Shown one piece after another: positions 1 through 9,291 of a DNA stretch of 64,000 nucleotides (position 1 is the stretch's first letter; each line of letters opens with the position of its first letter). Under the pieces are notes generated by a model. That model was not told where the DNA came from and did no database searches. It was given only the letters and a program-made list of their open reading frames with translations. A program made the translations under genes and the position numbers. Location: positions 84,057 to 148,056 of the IMG/VR virus record IMGVR_UViG_3300030376_006203; one strand, given 5' to 3'. This DNA is from a virus. Lineage: Duplodnaviria; Caudoviricetes.

Positions 1-1103
1 GCACCCAATTTGCCAACATTTCTTCCTGTGCCTTCTTCTGTTGCTTTCACTGTCAAACTTACTTCAATAAATGGTTTCAATTTTAACCAAGCATGACTTC
101 TTTTACATTCATAAGGAGCATTGATATCTTTAATCATAATACCCTCATATCCTCCCTGTACGGCCCTTTTATTCACCTCTGTATAAGTCGTTTGCCCTTC
201 GGGTGTGTCTAAGTTCACAATTTCATGGTCCAGCACTGTAACGGCGTCTAAATGGGTCTTGTGTTGTTCATACCATGCTTTTAACATCTGCGTTCTTAAA
301 GTTTGTGTCTTATCCCAACTGCCTTTTTTAAAATCTTCTAATGGTAAGAAATCAAACAAATGAAGCACTGCGTCTTTGGCATTGCCTCCTTCTTTCCTAT
401 GGACCTGTTTCATAAGGTCTTGAAAGTTCTCACTCATAACTTCACCATCTAATACAACTGGGTATGGTGGAGGACTATTTTTTACAACTGCTGATATCTG
501 TTCTTGTATGTGTCCAAAGTTTGTAAACTCTTTACCATTTCTGCTGAACATATCAACTTTGCCATCTGGATACACAATGGTAACAACTCTTACACCATCC
601 AGTTTAACTTCTAACATCTTCTCACCCACCAACTTCTTTTCATGGTTTGTACTGTCATGGGCAAGTTGGCAAGTAAACACGGGCACCATGTACTTGCCAT
701 ACTTGTTCTTTTTTGCTACGGAGTTCACAGTTTTTTCTGAAACACCGCAACGCAAATCTTTAATCAATATTCTTCTATAGAAACCATTCCATTGTTCTGC
801 TGTCGCTGAACTCATCACAAGATTAATGGCATCTCTTGCCGCGTGTCCTGTTAATTCTCTTGCGTGTAATTTTTCAGCAAGGTCTTTGAACACTTCCCAT
901 TTACAACCTTGTGCAGAAATAACATCATCTTTGGTTGGCACTTGCTTGACTCCAAATGTGTATAGTTTGTCCAAACACATTCTTAAGCCTTCAAAGAATT
1001 CATCCAATCCTTCATTCATTGCTTCTAGCAATATCTTCTCTTTTGCTAGTCTGCTATTATCTGCTTCTAGTTTAGCAATAACTTCTTGTGGTTGTGTTCT
1101 CAT
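1..1103 (-). CDS. ATP-dependent DNA ligase (runs off the left edge of the window)
   Basis: Manual translation from ATG at 1103: MRTQPQEVIAKLEADNSRLAKE...RILIKDLRCGVSEKT...EVKLDGVRV (KxDG adenylation motif I), later VLDGEV and EGIMIKD motifs. Not in the ORF track because there is no stop in the window. Confidence 0.92.
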   Translation of the reverse strand, partial: MRTQPQEVIAKLEADNSRLAKEKILLEAMNEGLDEFFEGLRMCLDKLYTFGVKQVPTKDDVISAQGCKWEVFKDLAEKLHARELTGHAARDAINLVMSSATAEQWNGFYRRILIKDLRCGVSEKTVNSVAKKNKYGKYMVPVFTCQLAHDSTNHEKKLVGEKMLEVKLDGVRVVTIVYPDGKVDMFSRNGKEFTNFGHIQEQISAVVKNSPPPYPVVLDGEVMSENFQDLMKQVHRKEGGNAKDAVLHLFDFLPLEDFKKGSWDKTQTLRTQMLKAWYEQHKTHLDAVTVLDHEIVNLDTPEGQTTYTEVNKRAVQGGYEGIMIKDINAPYECKRSHAWLKLKPFIEVSLTVKATEEGTGRNVGKLG

Positions 1104-1231
1104 ATCAGTTTCACCAAAATGTATATTTGTAGACACAACACCGCAATAGGAACGATTGTTCTAATCAATTCCATTGTGTGATTGTACTCGTCTAATTTTC
1201 TTTCCAATTTGTTTCTTTTTGCTTTTTTCAT
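1100..1231 (-). CDS. small membrane protein, 43 aa
   Basis: Manual translation MKKAKRNKLERKLDEYNHTMELIRTIVPIAVLCLQIYILVKLI; stop overlaps the ligase ATG (ATGA). Confidence 0.6.
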   Translation of the reverse strand: MKKAKRNKLERKLDEYNHTMELIRTIVPIAVLCLQIYILVKLI

Positions 1232-1271
1232 TGTACTAATTTTATTATCTTTTACCATAATTGTCAATCTC

Positions 1272-2276
1272 CTATACTGGTTTCAGCACGGTGCTTTTAG
1301 CCATATCTTTCCAATTTTCTGGAAATGCTTTTGCCAAATCAGCAATTTTAAGCACTGTTCTTAAACTTATTTCTCTTAATTGTCTTTTATACTCATCAAT
1401 GAAAGCAACAATAGATTGTTCAGTTTCATTTGGTAAAGCATATGACTTTAACATACCATCAGTAACGATTTGTTTAATTCTCAAAATCTTCTCTCTAATA
1501 GTATCAATTGTTAAATCTATGTAATGACATCTAGATTCTAATGCTTCTAAATGGTCTCTTAACTTTTTACTCTTTACATTATCAAATTTAATGTTTGTGA
1601 TAAAAATTACAGAACCTGCGAATTCAAAAGTATCAGGCACACCCTCTCTTCTTAACATATGGGAGTCTGTGTTCCAACATATCTTTCTAGTTTTTTTAGA
1701 ATCCAATGCCGCCTTAAGTATGTTCAAACTTAAATCGTCTAGTAAAATACTATCACAGTCATCAAATACCAATACATTGTCAGCATCTGAAAAGTTGTAT
1801 AATTTACAATATAAGCCAATTGGCGACATAGCACCTTTTACAACTTCATATTTGGGTCTAGTATTACCTAGTGTACTCACAACGCCATATCTGTCAAGCA
1901 CTTGCTCAACTCCATAACTTTTACCAACTCCTGGAGGTCCTGAAACAATCATTGCTCTCACATCACCTTTTTTACAAGCCTTAGTCATGCTGTCTAGTAT
2001 GTTGAATCTTTTTCTCATTCTTTCAACTGTCTCAGCATCACTTTCCTCTTTAGGTTGTTCAGGAGCCGAATCTCTCAATTGATTCTCGTTCTCAACATTT
2101 ATTCTGATTTGTTTTTTAGTAGCACCTGGAAACTTTTCCAAGTCATCTATTTTCACAGTAATGAATCCACCTTCTTTGTGTGGATGTGGTTGATAACCTT
2201 TTACAACTTGGAATGTTTGATTTTCTACAGTTTTGTTTCTGTAAGTGCCTTCTAGTAAGTATATTGTGTTTTTCAT
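1272..2276 (-). CDS. AAA+/P-loop ATPase
   Basis: Walker A GPPGVGKS, Walker B VLVFDDCD, sensor-like IFITN and SR finger. Confidence 0.85.
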   Translation of the reverse strand: MKNTIYLLEGTYRNKTVENQTFQVVKGYQPHPHKEGGFITVKIDDLEKFPGATKKQIRINVENENQLRDSAPEQPKEESDAETVERMRKRFNILDSMTKACKKGDVRAMIVSGPPGVGKSYGVEQVLDRYGVVSTLGNTRPKYEVVKGAMSPIGLYCKLYNFSDADNVLVFDDCDSILLDDLSLNILKAALDSKKTRKICWNTDSHMLRREGVPDTFEFAGSVIFITNIKFDNVKSKKLRDHLEALESRCHYIDLTIDTIREKILRIKQIVTDGMLKSYALPNETEQSIVAFIDEYKRQLREISLRTVLKIADLAKAFPENWKDMAKSTVLKPV

Positions 2277-2320
2277 TTGTGCCCTTTTCTGTTGCCTTAA
2301 TTAATTTGCCTTATTTTATT

Positions 2321-2349
2321 ATTATAGTTTCTGCTAACCAAAAAGTCAA
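2321..2349 (-). promoter_or_regulatory. sigma70-type (early) promoter
   Basis: TTGACT-N17-TATAAT upstream of the AAA ATPase. Confidence 0.75.
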
Positions 2350-2352
2350 GCA

Positions 2353-2739
2353 TTAATCTGCTCGACTTTCACTGATTACATTTAAACCATATTGTTCTTC
2401 TAATACCTTAGCAAAGGCATCACAAGCCGTTTCTTTGATGTCCAAAGATTGACAGTGTCTCCACTTATGGTTCTCTGGCATAATATCGTAGTAGGATACT
2501 CTCCAACCACCTCTATAACCATTGCTACCAATACCTTGTTTCTTTAACCAACCAACAAATTTACCTTGTGCTGGTCTGATTGTGATGTTAGCAAATCCAC
2601 AATACATAGGTTCTTCTTTACCTTCCATATATGTGTCAACGGCATCAACAGCCGCCTCTTTGGCTATACCCCACATCTTCATTGGTTCTACTTTTGCGTT
2701 TACAAATTTAACTACTTGTTTTACATCTTCTTTTATCAT
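2353..2739 (-). CDS. hypothetical phage protein
   Basis: ORF track 2353..2862; likely start MIKEDVK at 2739 after AAGGA. Confidence 0.65.
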   Translation of the reverse strand: MIKEDVKQVVKFVNAKVEPMKMWGIAKEAAVDAVDTYMEGKEEPMYCGFANITIRPAQGKFVGWLKKQGIGSNGYRGGWRVSYYDIMPENHKWRHCQSLDIKETACDAFAKVLEEQYGLNVISESRAD

Positions 2740-2813
2740 GTTGTTTTTCCTTTTGTTAAGTTTATTAAAGTGTTGATACATTTTGTTCAATTGTTTTTCT
2801 ATTAATTCGCTCA

Positions 2814-3191
2814 TTAAACTAACAATCTTTTTTGACCGTCCATATAACAAGCACCAGTCCATTTTACAACGTACTCACCAAAAATGTTACCTCTTGGAGC
2901 ATTCAAAGCCGGTAATGCCCAACTTGCCGCTTTTAAGATATCACCCTTTTTGAACTCTACACCTTTAGAAGTTGTGAAGTCTTTACTTGCTATGAATGAA
3001 TGTACTGAATTACTAGTACCAATCTTTGTCATAACCTTAATGTATTTCTTGCCCGGTTTTACTGTGATACTTTCACAGAACTCTTTAACCATGTTATCTC
3101 TAACAGTTCTTTCTGTTTCTGTTTTTGGATTATTCCAACCAACATAGTCTTTTTTAATGTTTTCAATGTAATTGTCTATTTGTGTTTTCAT
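2814..3191 (-). CDS. conserved phage early protein
   Basis: KKYIKV...SVHSF...GDILKAASW..PA..PRGNI pattern common in myovirus early genes; has its own sigma70 promoter. Confidence 0.7.
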   Translation of the reverse strand: MKTQIDNYIENIKKDYVGWNNPKTETERTVRDNMVKEFCESITVKPGKKYIKVMTKIGTSNSVHSFIASKDFTTSKGVEFKKGDILKAASWALPALNAPRGNIFGEYVVKWTGACYMDGQKRLLV

Positions 3192-3221
3192 TTGTGCCTC
3201 TTTGTTTGTTGTTATAGTATT

Positions 3222-3251
3222 ATTATACAGCCAGAACTACCAAAAAGTCAA
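3222..3251 (-). promoter_or_regulatory. sigma70-type (early) promoter
   Basis: TTGACT-N18-TATAAT. Confidence 0.7.
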
Positions 3252-3293
3252 CCAAAAAGATAGGTCAAAAACGTCAAGGTTTATGCGGGTTTT

Positions 3294-3551
3294 TTAATCG
3301 TCGAATGCTTTTGCTTGGGGATTTTTGCTGAATTTACGCCAAATCTTGTGTAAAGCATAGAACCAAACACCATTAATACTTGGTTCAATTAGTGCTACTG
3401 CGCCTGCTTCAAACAGACTGGCTCCAGTCATTACACTGACAACACACATCGCAATAACGATATGTCCTAAGGTATAAATGATAGCCAGTGCTAAACTGCT
3501 AGTGCCTAGCAATTTTAATATATTAAAGATTCCTTGTTTAAATTCGCTCAT
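3294..3551 (-). CDS. DUF2061-like small membrane protein
   Basis: YTLGHIVIA...GAVALIEPSINGVWFYALHKIW pattern. Confidence 0.7.
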   Translation of the reverse strand: MSEFKQGIFNILKLLGTSSLALAIIYTLGHIVIAMCVVSVMTGASLFEAGAVALIEPSINGVWFYALHKIWRKFSKNPQAKAFDD

Positions 3552-3601
3552 GCTTTATTATAACATCTAATGTTATGTAAAGTCAATACCTTATGTCAAA
3601 A

Positions 3602-3627
3602 AAAAAGGCGACCGAAGCCGCCTTTTT
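3602..3627. terminator. intrinsic terminator (possibly bidirectional)
   Basis: AAAAAGGCG-accgaagc-CGCCTTTTT hairpin with A/T tails. Confidence 0.8.
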
Positions 3628-3649
3628 AATCTAGTTAAAAACTATACAA

Positions 3650-3997
3650 TTATAATTGTACACCTTTTGCTAATGCTTTGTATCCAAGACCTACTACCAT
3701 TCTAGGTGCTTTACCTGTTCTGTATACTTTAACACCAGTTCTTTTGTTAGTGTTTAAGAACACAGGTAAACCTTTGAATCTTAATGCTTGAATTACTGCA
3801 CCTGGGTTACCAGCACCAAATCTATTTTTAATAGCATTTGATGTTAATGCTTCACCGTTTAATAAAGCATTTTCTACTCTTTTTTGTATAGTCATAGTTT
3901 TAGTTTTAGCCATTGAGCTAACTCCTCTTCTGATTTTTGTCTTCTTCTGGACAGTATTCGTACCAGTCGAAAACATATTTTTTATTATGTCTAACAT
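3650..3997 (-). CDS. putative helix-turn-helix DNA-binding protein
   Basis: LLNGEALTSNAIKNRFGAGNPGAVIQALRFKG winged-HTH-like pattern; start may be 3997 or 3913. Confidence 0.6.
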   Translation of the reverse strand: MLDIIKNMFSTGTNTVQKKTKIRRGVSSMAKTKTMTIQKRVENALLNGEALTSNAIKNRFGAGNPGAVIQALRFKGLPVFLNTNKRTGVKVYRTGKAPRMVVGLGYKALAKGVQL

Positions 3998-4052
3998 TAA
4001 TATTAATATACATTCTTTTAAGGAAATAGTCAATAAGGTAGGTTTACCAAAA

Positions 4053-4646
4053 TTAGCCAAAAATACTCATGTCACAATCTAACACTGTGGCAACCAAGTG
4101 TACTCTGTCTTCTTCACCACCGTTGAAAGCATTATGGTACTTGGTATTGTCGGTAATCCATACACCACCATCTGCAGGCATATGATGAACTTCAGTATCG
4201 ATACACATACGAGCACCAAAATTTGTAACAATTGGTATGTGGAGTCTAGGTTCTGGATCTCTATGCCAACTCAAAGTTGTTCTTGGCAGTTTCCAAAGCA
4301 ACCTAATCCTACCAAGTTTATACTTTTTGGTAAGTGCTTCGTACATCTCTTTGAAATATGTGTCTTTGAATAGCGAAACAAATTCTGAATATTGTGCTTC
4401 GTCTATCACTTCTTCTCTTTGAACTTCTTGATAAGTGCTGTCTGGTTTAGTCCAGTACAGTCCTCTTACATTACCACCTGTGATTGAATTTGGATCATTT
4501 GGTATTTGTGTAAGGCAGATAGCATTTATATCTCTTTCACCTAACGGCGACTGTCTTGCTACTCTTGAATCAACTTCTGCTAATGCTGACTGCATTTTGG
4601 CAACATCGAATTTTAATGTTGGATCTCTGTAAAATCCTTTTGGCAT
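4053..4646 (-). CDS. 2OG-Fe(II) dioxygenase, aspartyl/asparaginyl beta-hydroxylase-like
   Basis: WHRD (HxD), RLHIPIVTN, HNAFNGGEEDRVHLV. Confidence 0.85.
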   Translation of the reverse strand: MPKGFYRDPTLKFDVAKMQSALAEVDSRVARQSPLGERDINAICLTQIPNDPNSITGGNVRGLYWTKPDSTYQEVQREEVIDEAQYSEFVSLFKDTYFKEMYEALTKKYKLGRIRLLWKLPRTTLSWHRDPEPRLHIPIVTNFGARMCIDTEVHHMPADGGVWITDNTKYHNAFNGGEEDRVHLVATVLDCDMSIFG

Positions 4647-4647
4647 A

Positions 4648-6024
4648 TTAATCTCCGAATTTGATACCTTGTGCTAAAGGTAATGATTTTCCATAATTAA
4701 TTGTGACTGTGCTTCTACGCATATATTGTTTCCAAGCATCAGAACCAGACTCACGTCCGCCACCTGTGTCTTTCTCACCACCAAATGCTCCACCAATTTC
4801 TGCTCCACTAGGACCAATATTAATATTAACAATACCACAATCTGAACCAACTGCTGATGTAAATGTTTCTGCTTCTTGAACGTTGTCAGTAAAAATACAC
4901 GAACTTAATCCTTGTGGCACTGCGTTATGAATATCAATTGCTTCATCTAAATCTTGATATTTCATAGTGTAAAGTATTGGAGCAAATGTTTCAGTCTTAA
5001 CCAAATCACATTGTTCTGTTGCTTCTACTATTGCAGGACGAACTGTACAACCTTCTACAACTTCACCACCATGAACTGTGTAACCTTTTGCTTTAGCCTG
5101 CTCTAATACCGAAAGCATTCTATCTGCTGACTCTTGGTTGATTAGCGGTCCTACCAAAGTTTCTTCTTTAAAGTTATCTCCCACTGGTAAACTTGAATAA
5201 GCAGACTTTAATTTTTCTAACAACACATCATATACAGATGTATGTACAATTAATCTTCTCAATGTGGTACATCTTTGTCCTGCTGTACCAACCGCACCAA
5301 ACACAATACCTCTTACTGCTAAATCAATATTGGCGTGTTTGGATACAATCATACCATTGTTTCCACCTAGTTCATATAAACCTTTACCCATTCTTGCCGA
5401 AACTCTTGGAGCCAATGCTTTACCCATTGCTGTCGAACCTGTAGCACTTAACAAATTGATTCGTGAATCATCTGCCATCCATTCTGCTTCAGTTTTATCT
5501 CCGTCAACTACCTGTAATAAATCTTTAAATTTTGTATCAGGAAAGAAGCATTCGCTGATTGCTTTGTCCCATGCCTCTTTACAACTGTCTGTTACATTTT
5601 TTGCTTTGGGTGAACCTTTCCATACCACACTGTTTCCACATACCATCGCTATACAATGATTCCATGCCCAAACGGCACAAGGAAAATTAAAGGCAGTAAT
5701 TACACCTACAACACCTAATGGATTGTAAACTTCCTGTAATTTGTGTTCTGGTCTTTCACTCTGTATTGTTAATCCGTATAATTGTCTTGAAAGTCCTACT
5801 GCGAAATCACACATATCAATTGCTTCTTGTACTTCACCAATTGCTTCTGCGTGTATCTTTTTTGCGTCTTTCATAATGGCTGTACCAATCTTTTCAATGT
5901 CTTGTCTTAAATGATTGCCAAACACTCTGATAACTTCACCTCTTTTAGGTGCTGGTACAGTTCGCCATTCTTTTTGAATTGATTTTGCTCTTTCTATTAT
6001 GCTGTCGTAATTATTTTTATTCAT
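4648..6024 (-). CDS. aldehyde dehydrogenase family 7 (alpha-aminoadipate semialdehyde / P6C dehydrogenase-like)
   Basis: ITAFNFPCAVWAWN, SATGSTAMG, ELGGNN, GTAGQRCTT, GAEIGGAFGGEKDTGGGRESGSDAWKQY, LPLAQGIKF; likely start MNKNN at 6024. Confidence 0.93.
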   Translation of the reverse strand: MNKNNYDSIIERAKSIQKEWRTVPAPKRGEVIRVFGNHLRQDIEKIGTAIMKDAKKIHAEAIGEVQEAIDMCDFAVGLSRQLYGLTIQSERPEHKLQEVYNPLGVVGVITAFNFPCAVWAWNHCIAMVCGNSVVWKGSPKAKNVTDSCKEAWDKAISECFFPDTKFKDLLQVVDGDKTEAEWMADDSRINLLSATGSTAMGKALAPRVSARMGKGLYELGGNNGMIVSKHANIDLAVRGIVFGAVGTAGQRCTTLRRLIVHTSVYDVLLEKLKSAYSSLPVGDNFKEETLVGPLINQESADRMLSVLEQAKAKGYTVHGGEVVEGCTVRPAIVEATEQCDLVKTETFAPILYTMKYQDLDEAIDIHNAVPQGLSSCIFTDNVQEAETFTSAVGSDCGIVNINIGPSGAEIGGAFGGEKDTGGGRESGSDAWKQYMRRSTVTINYGKSLPLAQGIKFGD

Positions 6025-7042
6025 ATAGTTTCCCAAATTTATTGCTTGTAAATATTTCCAATGGAACATCTTCTTGTTTTTGAAATCCACTGCCAGATAA
6101 TTTGCCTTCTGTGTAGGCTTGTACAACCGCACATACACCAGAAGCCGTTGTTCTTTGAATAGCATTCAAAGTTTTATCTCCGTATATTTTCTTTTGAAAA
6201 GTTCTTTCTTGTAATTTGCCATCTATCACGCCAATCACAGTAATAAACATAACCACAACGTCTTTGGTTGTGTATGGGACTTCCTGATCAAACAAATCAA
6301 TAAATTTTAATTTGTTGTGTTTTAGATTAAGGTCTTCTAATAAAAACTTCATATTAGAATGATGTCCAGGATATCTAATAGTCTTATAACTCATTGTCTT
6401 AACTTTGTCAGCAAATGTTTCACACATTGAAGCAACTCCGCCTGAAGTGTTGAATGCTTCATATTTGTTTCCATCTATGAATAAATGTTCCAATCCATCC
6501 AATGGTTGAACTTTAATCGCTTTGCCGTTTGAAATAACATCTACATCATTAATATATTCATTGATTAGACCTGAAGTTGACCATGTCAAATAATATGCCA
6601 TACTGTTGGCTGTGTACATAGGCAACGCACCTACTCTCATTTTCACTTTGTCTACTCTACTGAATTGTTTTATAAGATCCGATGCTATAATATTAACTGC
6701 TCCAGGAGCCAATCCACATTGTGGCATCATGAATGCTTCTGTTTTTAATCCTTTGATATGATCCGACACTGCGACATCTTCTGTAAGGTCAAAGTATGCT
6801 ACATCATTTTCGGCACAGGCATCTGCTATTGATATATTAGCATCATAAGAAGCACAACTAACAACTATGTCTTTGTCTTTAATAAACTCAGACAATGCGT
6901 GGTCATCATTGGCATCTATATGAATTGCATTTTGAATTTCGGTATTTGAATCAACTAAAAAAACTTCATGCTTTTCTAATTTTAAGAAAGCACTTACTAT
7001 ACGTCCGATTTTTCCTGCTCCTACTACAACAATTTTTTTCAT
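6017..7042 (-). CDS. saccharopine dehydrogenase family / lysine 6-dehydrogenase-like
   Basis: Rossmann GAGKIG, YFDLTED, CGLAPG, VGALP, TWSTSGLINEY, EAFNTSGG, YKTIRYPGH. Confidence 0.88.
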   Translation of the reverse strand: MKKIVVVGAGKIGRIVSAFLKLEKHEVFLVDSNTEIQNAIHIDANDDHALSEFIKDKDIVVSCASYDANISIADACAENDVAYFDLTEDVAVSDHIKGLKTEAFMMPQCGLAPGAVNIIASDLIKQFSRVDKVKMRVGALPMYTANSMAYYLTWSTSGLINEYINDVDVISNGKAIKVQPLDGLEHLFIDGNKYEAFNTSGGVASMCETFADKVKTMSYKTIRYPGHHSNMKFLLEDLNLKHNKLKFIDLFDQEVPYTTKDVVVMFITVIGVIDGKLQERTFQKKIYGDKTLNAIQRTTASGVCAVVQAYTEGKLSGSGFQKQEDVPLEIFTSNKFGKLYE

Positions 7043-7045
7043 AAT

Positions 7046-7288
7046 TTATCTTCCTGTTTTACTTACAAATTTCTGTGGACCTTCAGTTATAAATTCGAGT
7101 CCGCTCATATTACCAATATAAACATTTTTTTCAATATTGTATTGTAATTGTAATTTAACTGTTTTTTGAAACACCACACTTAAGAACTGATTCTCTTTGA
7201 ACGTGAGGATATTTGCTTCTACCTTTTGTCCATTTCTAGTGCATTCAATAATACAATTATCATCGAAATGTATCGTTTCCATCGTCAT
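7046..7288 (-). CDS. hypothetical protein
   Basis: ORF with likely start MTMETIH; packed against its neighbours. Confidence 0.6.
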   Translation of the reverse strand: MTMETIHFDDNCIIECTRNGQKVEANILTFKENQFLSVVFQKTVKLQLQYNIEKNVYIGNMSGLEFITEGPQKFVSKTGR

Positions 7289-7490
7289 CCTTATTTTTAT
7301 TTTTAAGTTGTTGAACTCTTTTGTAACTGATATAATAAATGAAATCAACCCAAAGGACATTCATAAAATATCCTAGTAATGTCAGTCTCAATCCAAATAG
7401 GAAAGGTAACAAAAATATTGCCACCCACATAAAAAACAAATAGTGACTTATTCTTTCACCTGGCACTGACCAATACAGCCATTCATTCAT
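7260..7490 (-). CDS. small membrane protein
   Basis: Two hydrophobic segments. Confidence 0.6.
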   Translation of the reverse strand: MNEWLYWSVPGERISHYLFFMWVAIFLLPFLFGLRLTLLGYFMNVLWVDFIYYISYKRVQQLKNKNKDDDGNDTFR

Positions 7491-7491
7491 A

Positions 7492-7689
7492 TTATAAAAA
7501 ATTTCTTTTTAATTTCTGTGCTTTTTTAATATTAACTAATCTTTGTTTCGCTTTTTCTCTTTTTACTTCGCTTGGCTTTTGATAGTATTGTCTATCTTTT
7601 AACTCTTGAAAAACACCATCTCTTTTCATTTTCTTCTTCATTACCCTTAATGCTTTTTCAACATTATTATTTCTAACTTCTATCTTCAA
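7492..7689 (-). CDS. rpsU: 30S ribosomal protein bS21
   Basis: IEVRNNNVEKALRVMKKK...YYQKPSEVKRE; TTG start after a strong AGGAGG. Confidence 0.93.
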   Translation of the reverse strand: MKIEVRNNNVEKALRVMKKKMKRDGVFQELKDRQYYQKPSEVKREKAKQRLVNIKKAQKLKRNFL

Positions 7690-7798
7690 TTTTCCTCCTG
7701 TTTCTGTTTTTAACCTTCGGTTACTCTAAATTAACTAAAATATAACACTATTTGAGTATAAAGTCAACTACTTATTAAATATATTTGGAGATGTTAAA

Positions 7799-7972
7799 AT
7801 GGTTAAAAAATCTGACAGGGTTATCCGAAGAGAGCAGAAAAAAGCCAATAAACAGATCAAGAATCAGTCACGTCGTAAACCAAAAAGTGTGATTGAAGAA
7901 CCTGAAAACGGTACAAGAACATTTCCAAAATCCCACATAATCACCCTAGATGATCTGACTAAACCAGATTAA
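7799..7972 (+). CDS. small basic hypothetical protein, 57 aa
   Basis: Manual translation MVKKSDRVIRREQKKANKQIKNQ...LDDLTKPD; GGAG upstream. Confidence 0.4.
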   Translation: MVKKSDRVIRREQKKANKQIKNQSRRKPKSVIEEPENGTRTFPKSHIITLDDLTKPD

Positions 7973-7996
7973 GATAAATAGCACTTGTATTTTAGA

Positions 7997-8560
7997 TTAT
8001 AAAATATGATCCGCTACTTTTAAATCCACTAATTGTTTTGCTGTGTAATATTGATCCGAAGGATTTTTTATAAATTTGGCATTAACTTCCTGCACACTCA
8101 TTCCTGTTGCTTCACGTAGTATCTGCATACATCTTTGTTCACAGTTTCCATTTTCTTTCATCTGTGCTTTCATATCATGCATTTTGGAATCCATTGTGTC
8201 GGAGTGTTGATGATTCATTATGCCTGTGTTCTTACCAATGTAACGTTCGCCTTGTTTACCACTGGCAAATATTAAGAAGCCTGCACTCATCACAGCACCA
8301 ATGCCTATTGTAGAAACATTATGATGACTATTTTTCATCACATCAATTAATGCGAAAGATTCATACAAGTCTCCACCAACTGTGTTGATATACAAAACCA
8401 ACTTACGTTTAGGTTTTTTCTGTAGATTGGCAGACAGTATCCATTTGATTGCTTTGGCAATATTCTCTTCGTTTAACTCGCCGTTGAGATAATGAATGTC
8501 ATTGTCAAAAAGACTGTTATCTGCTCTATCCTCTGCACTGTGATTTTCGTATCTTTTCAT
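7997..8560 (-). CDS. clpP: ClpP-family protease subunit
   Basis: LYINTVGG, catalytic Ser in VMSAG, His in IMNHQ, DQYYTA...ADHIL. Confidence 0.85.
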   Translation of the reverse strand: MKRYENHSAEDRADNSLFDNDIHYLNGELNEENIAKAIKWILSANLQKKPKRKLVLYINTVGGDLYESFALIDVMKNSHHNVSTIGIGAVMSAGFLIFASGKQGERYIGKNTGIMNHQHSDTMDSKMHDMKAQMKENGNCEQRCMQILREATGMSVQEVNAKFIKNPSDQYYTAKQLVDLKVADHIL

Positions 8561-8617
8561 AATATAGTGGTATTTATTTAAATTTTGTAATAACCATAAA
8601 CTGCGTATTTAATGAGT

Positions 8618-9088
8618 TTATTTGAGCTCTTCTTGTGTCCAAGATTGACTGGATAGTTCCGAATCTTCTGCCCATCTGATGAACAGTCCTAATTCTTTTC
8701 CATGTGCTTCTATTTCCCAAGGTTGATCCCAATAATTTGTCTGCTTGTTCACAGGGACATTTTGCCACTTGGTTTGTCCTGAACGGGACATATCTATCAA
8801 TTCTCCTTTGGAGTATTGTTTCACATGAACCATCTCGTGAGCGATAGTTTCCATGATCTTTCTTTTTGAACCAGTACTGTCTACTGTGATTGTAAATTCT
8901 TTTGGTCGGTGATTACTGTCATCGAAATCAACTTCACCAAGTATTCCATCTTCCTTGTATAGAGTTTTGGAAAATTCTACGTCAATTGTTACTGAATCTT
9001 TTATCTTTAATTTGTTCGCACAATAATGAATCAGACTTTCTGTTAAATCAGTCACCTTCTTATTTGCCCCCGAGACCGTAACTAACAT
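8618..9088 (-). CDS. zinc metallopeptidase-like phage protein
   Basis: TIAHEMVHVKQ (HExxH) and PWEIEA. Confidence 0.75.
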   Translation of the reverse strand: MLVTVSGANKKVTDLTESLIHYCANKLKIKDSVTIDVEFSKTLYKEDGILGEVDFDDSNHRPKEFTITVDSTGSKRKIMETIAHEMVHVKQYSKGELIDMSRSGQTKWQNVPVNKQTNYWDQPWEIEAHGKELGLFIRWAEDSELSSQSWTQEELK

Positions 9089-9252
9089 TATCCTTTTGCC
9101 AATTCCATAGCCAATTGTTTCAATTCATCCATTAAGAAGTTTATTTCTTCTTCAGGCTTCTTATCTGCAACTGCTTTTTCTACTTCCATGCTCTTTGTTT
9201 TCATGGCAGTAAGTTTAATTTTTATATCTTGTATATTATGATATTGTAACAT
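9088..9252 (-). CDS. small hypothetical protein, 54 aa
   Basis: Manual translation MLQYHNIQDIKIKLTAMK...MELAKG; TAATG overlap with the next gene. Confidence 0.55.
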   Translation of the reverse strand: MLQYHNIQDIKIKLTAMKTKSMEVEKAVADKKPEEEINFLMDELKQLAMELAKG

Positions 9253-9291
9253 ACTTGTATATTAACACAAATACAAGTTGATGTCAATTAC

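Noticed and set aside
508-2255. Plus-strand ORFs in the track here, and the many similar antisense ORFs elsewhere
   Set aside because: They are shadows of well-supported genes on the opposite strand and show no recognisable motifs.
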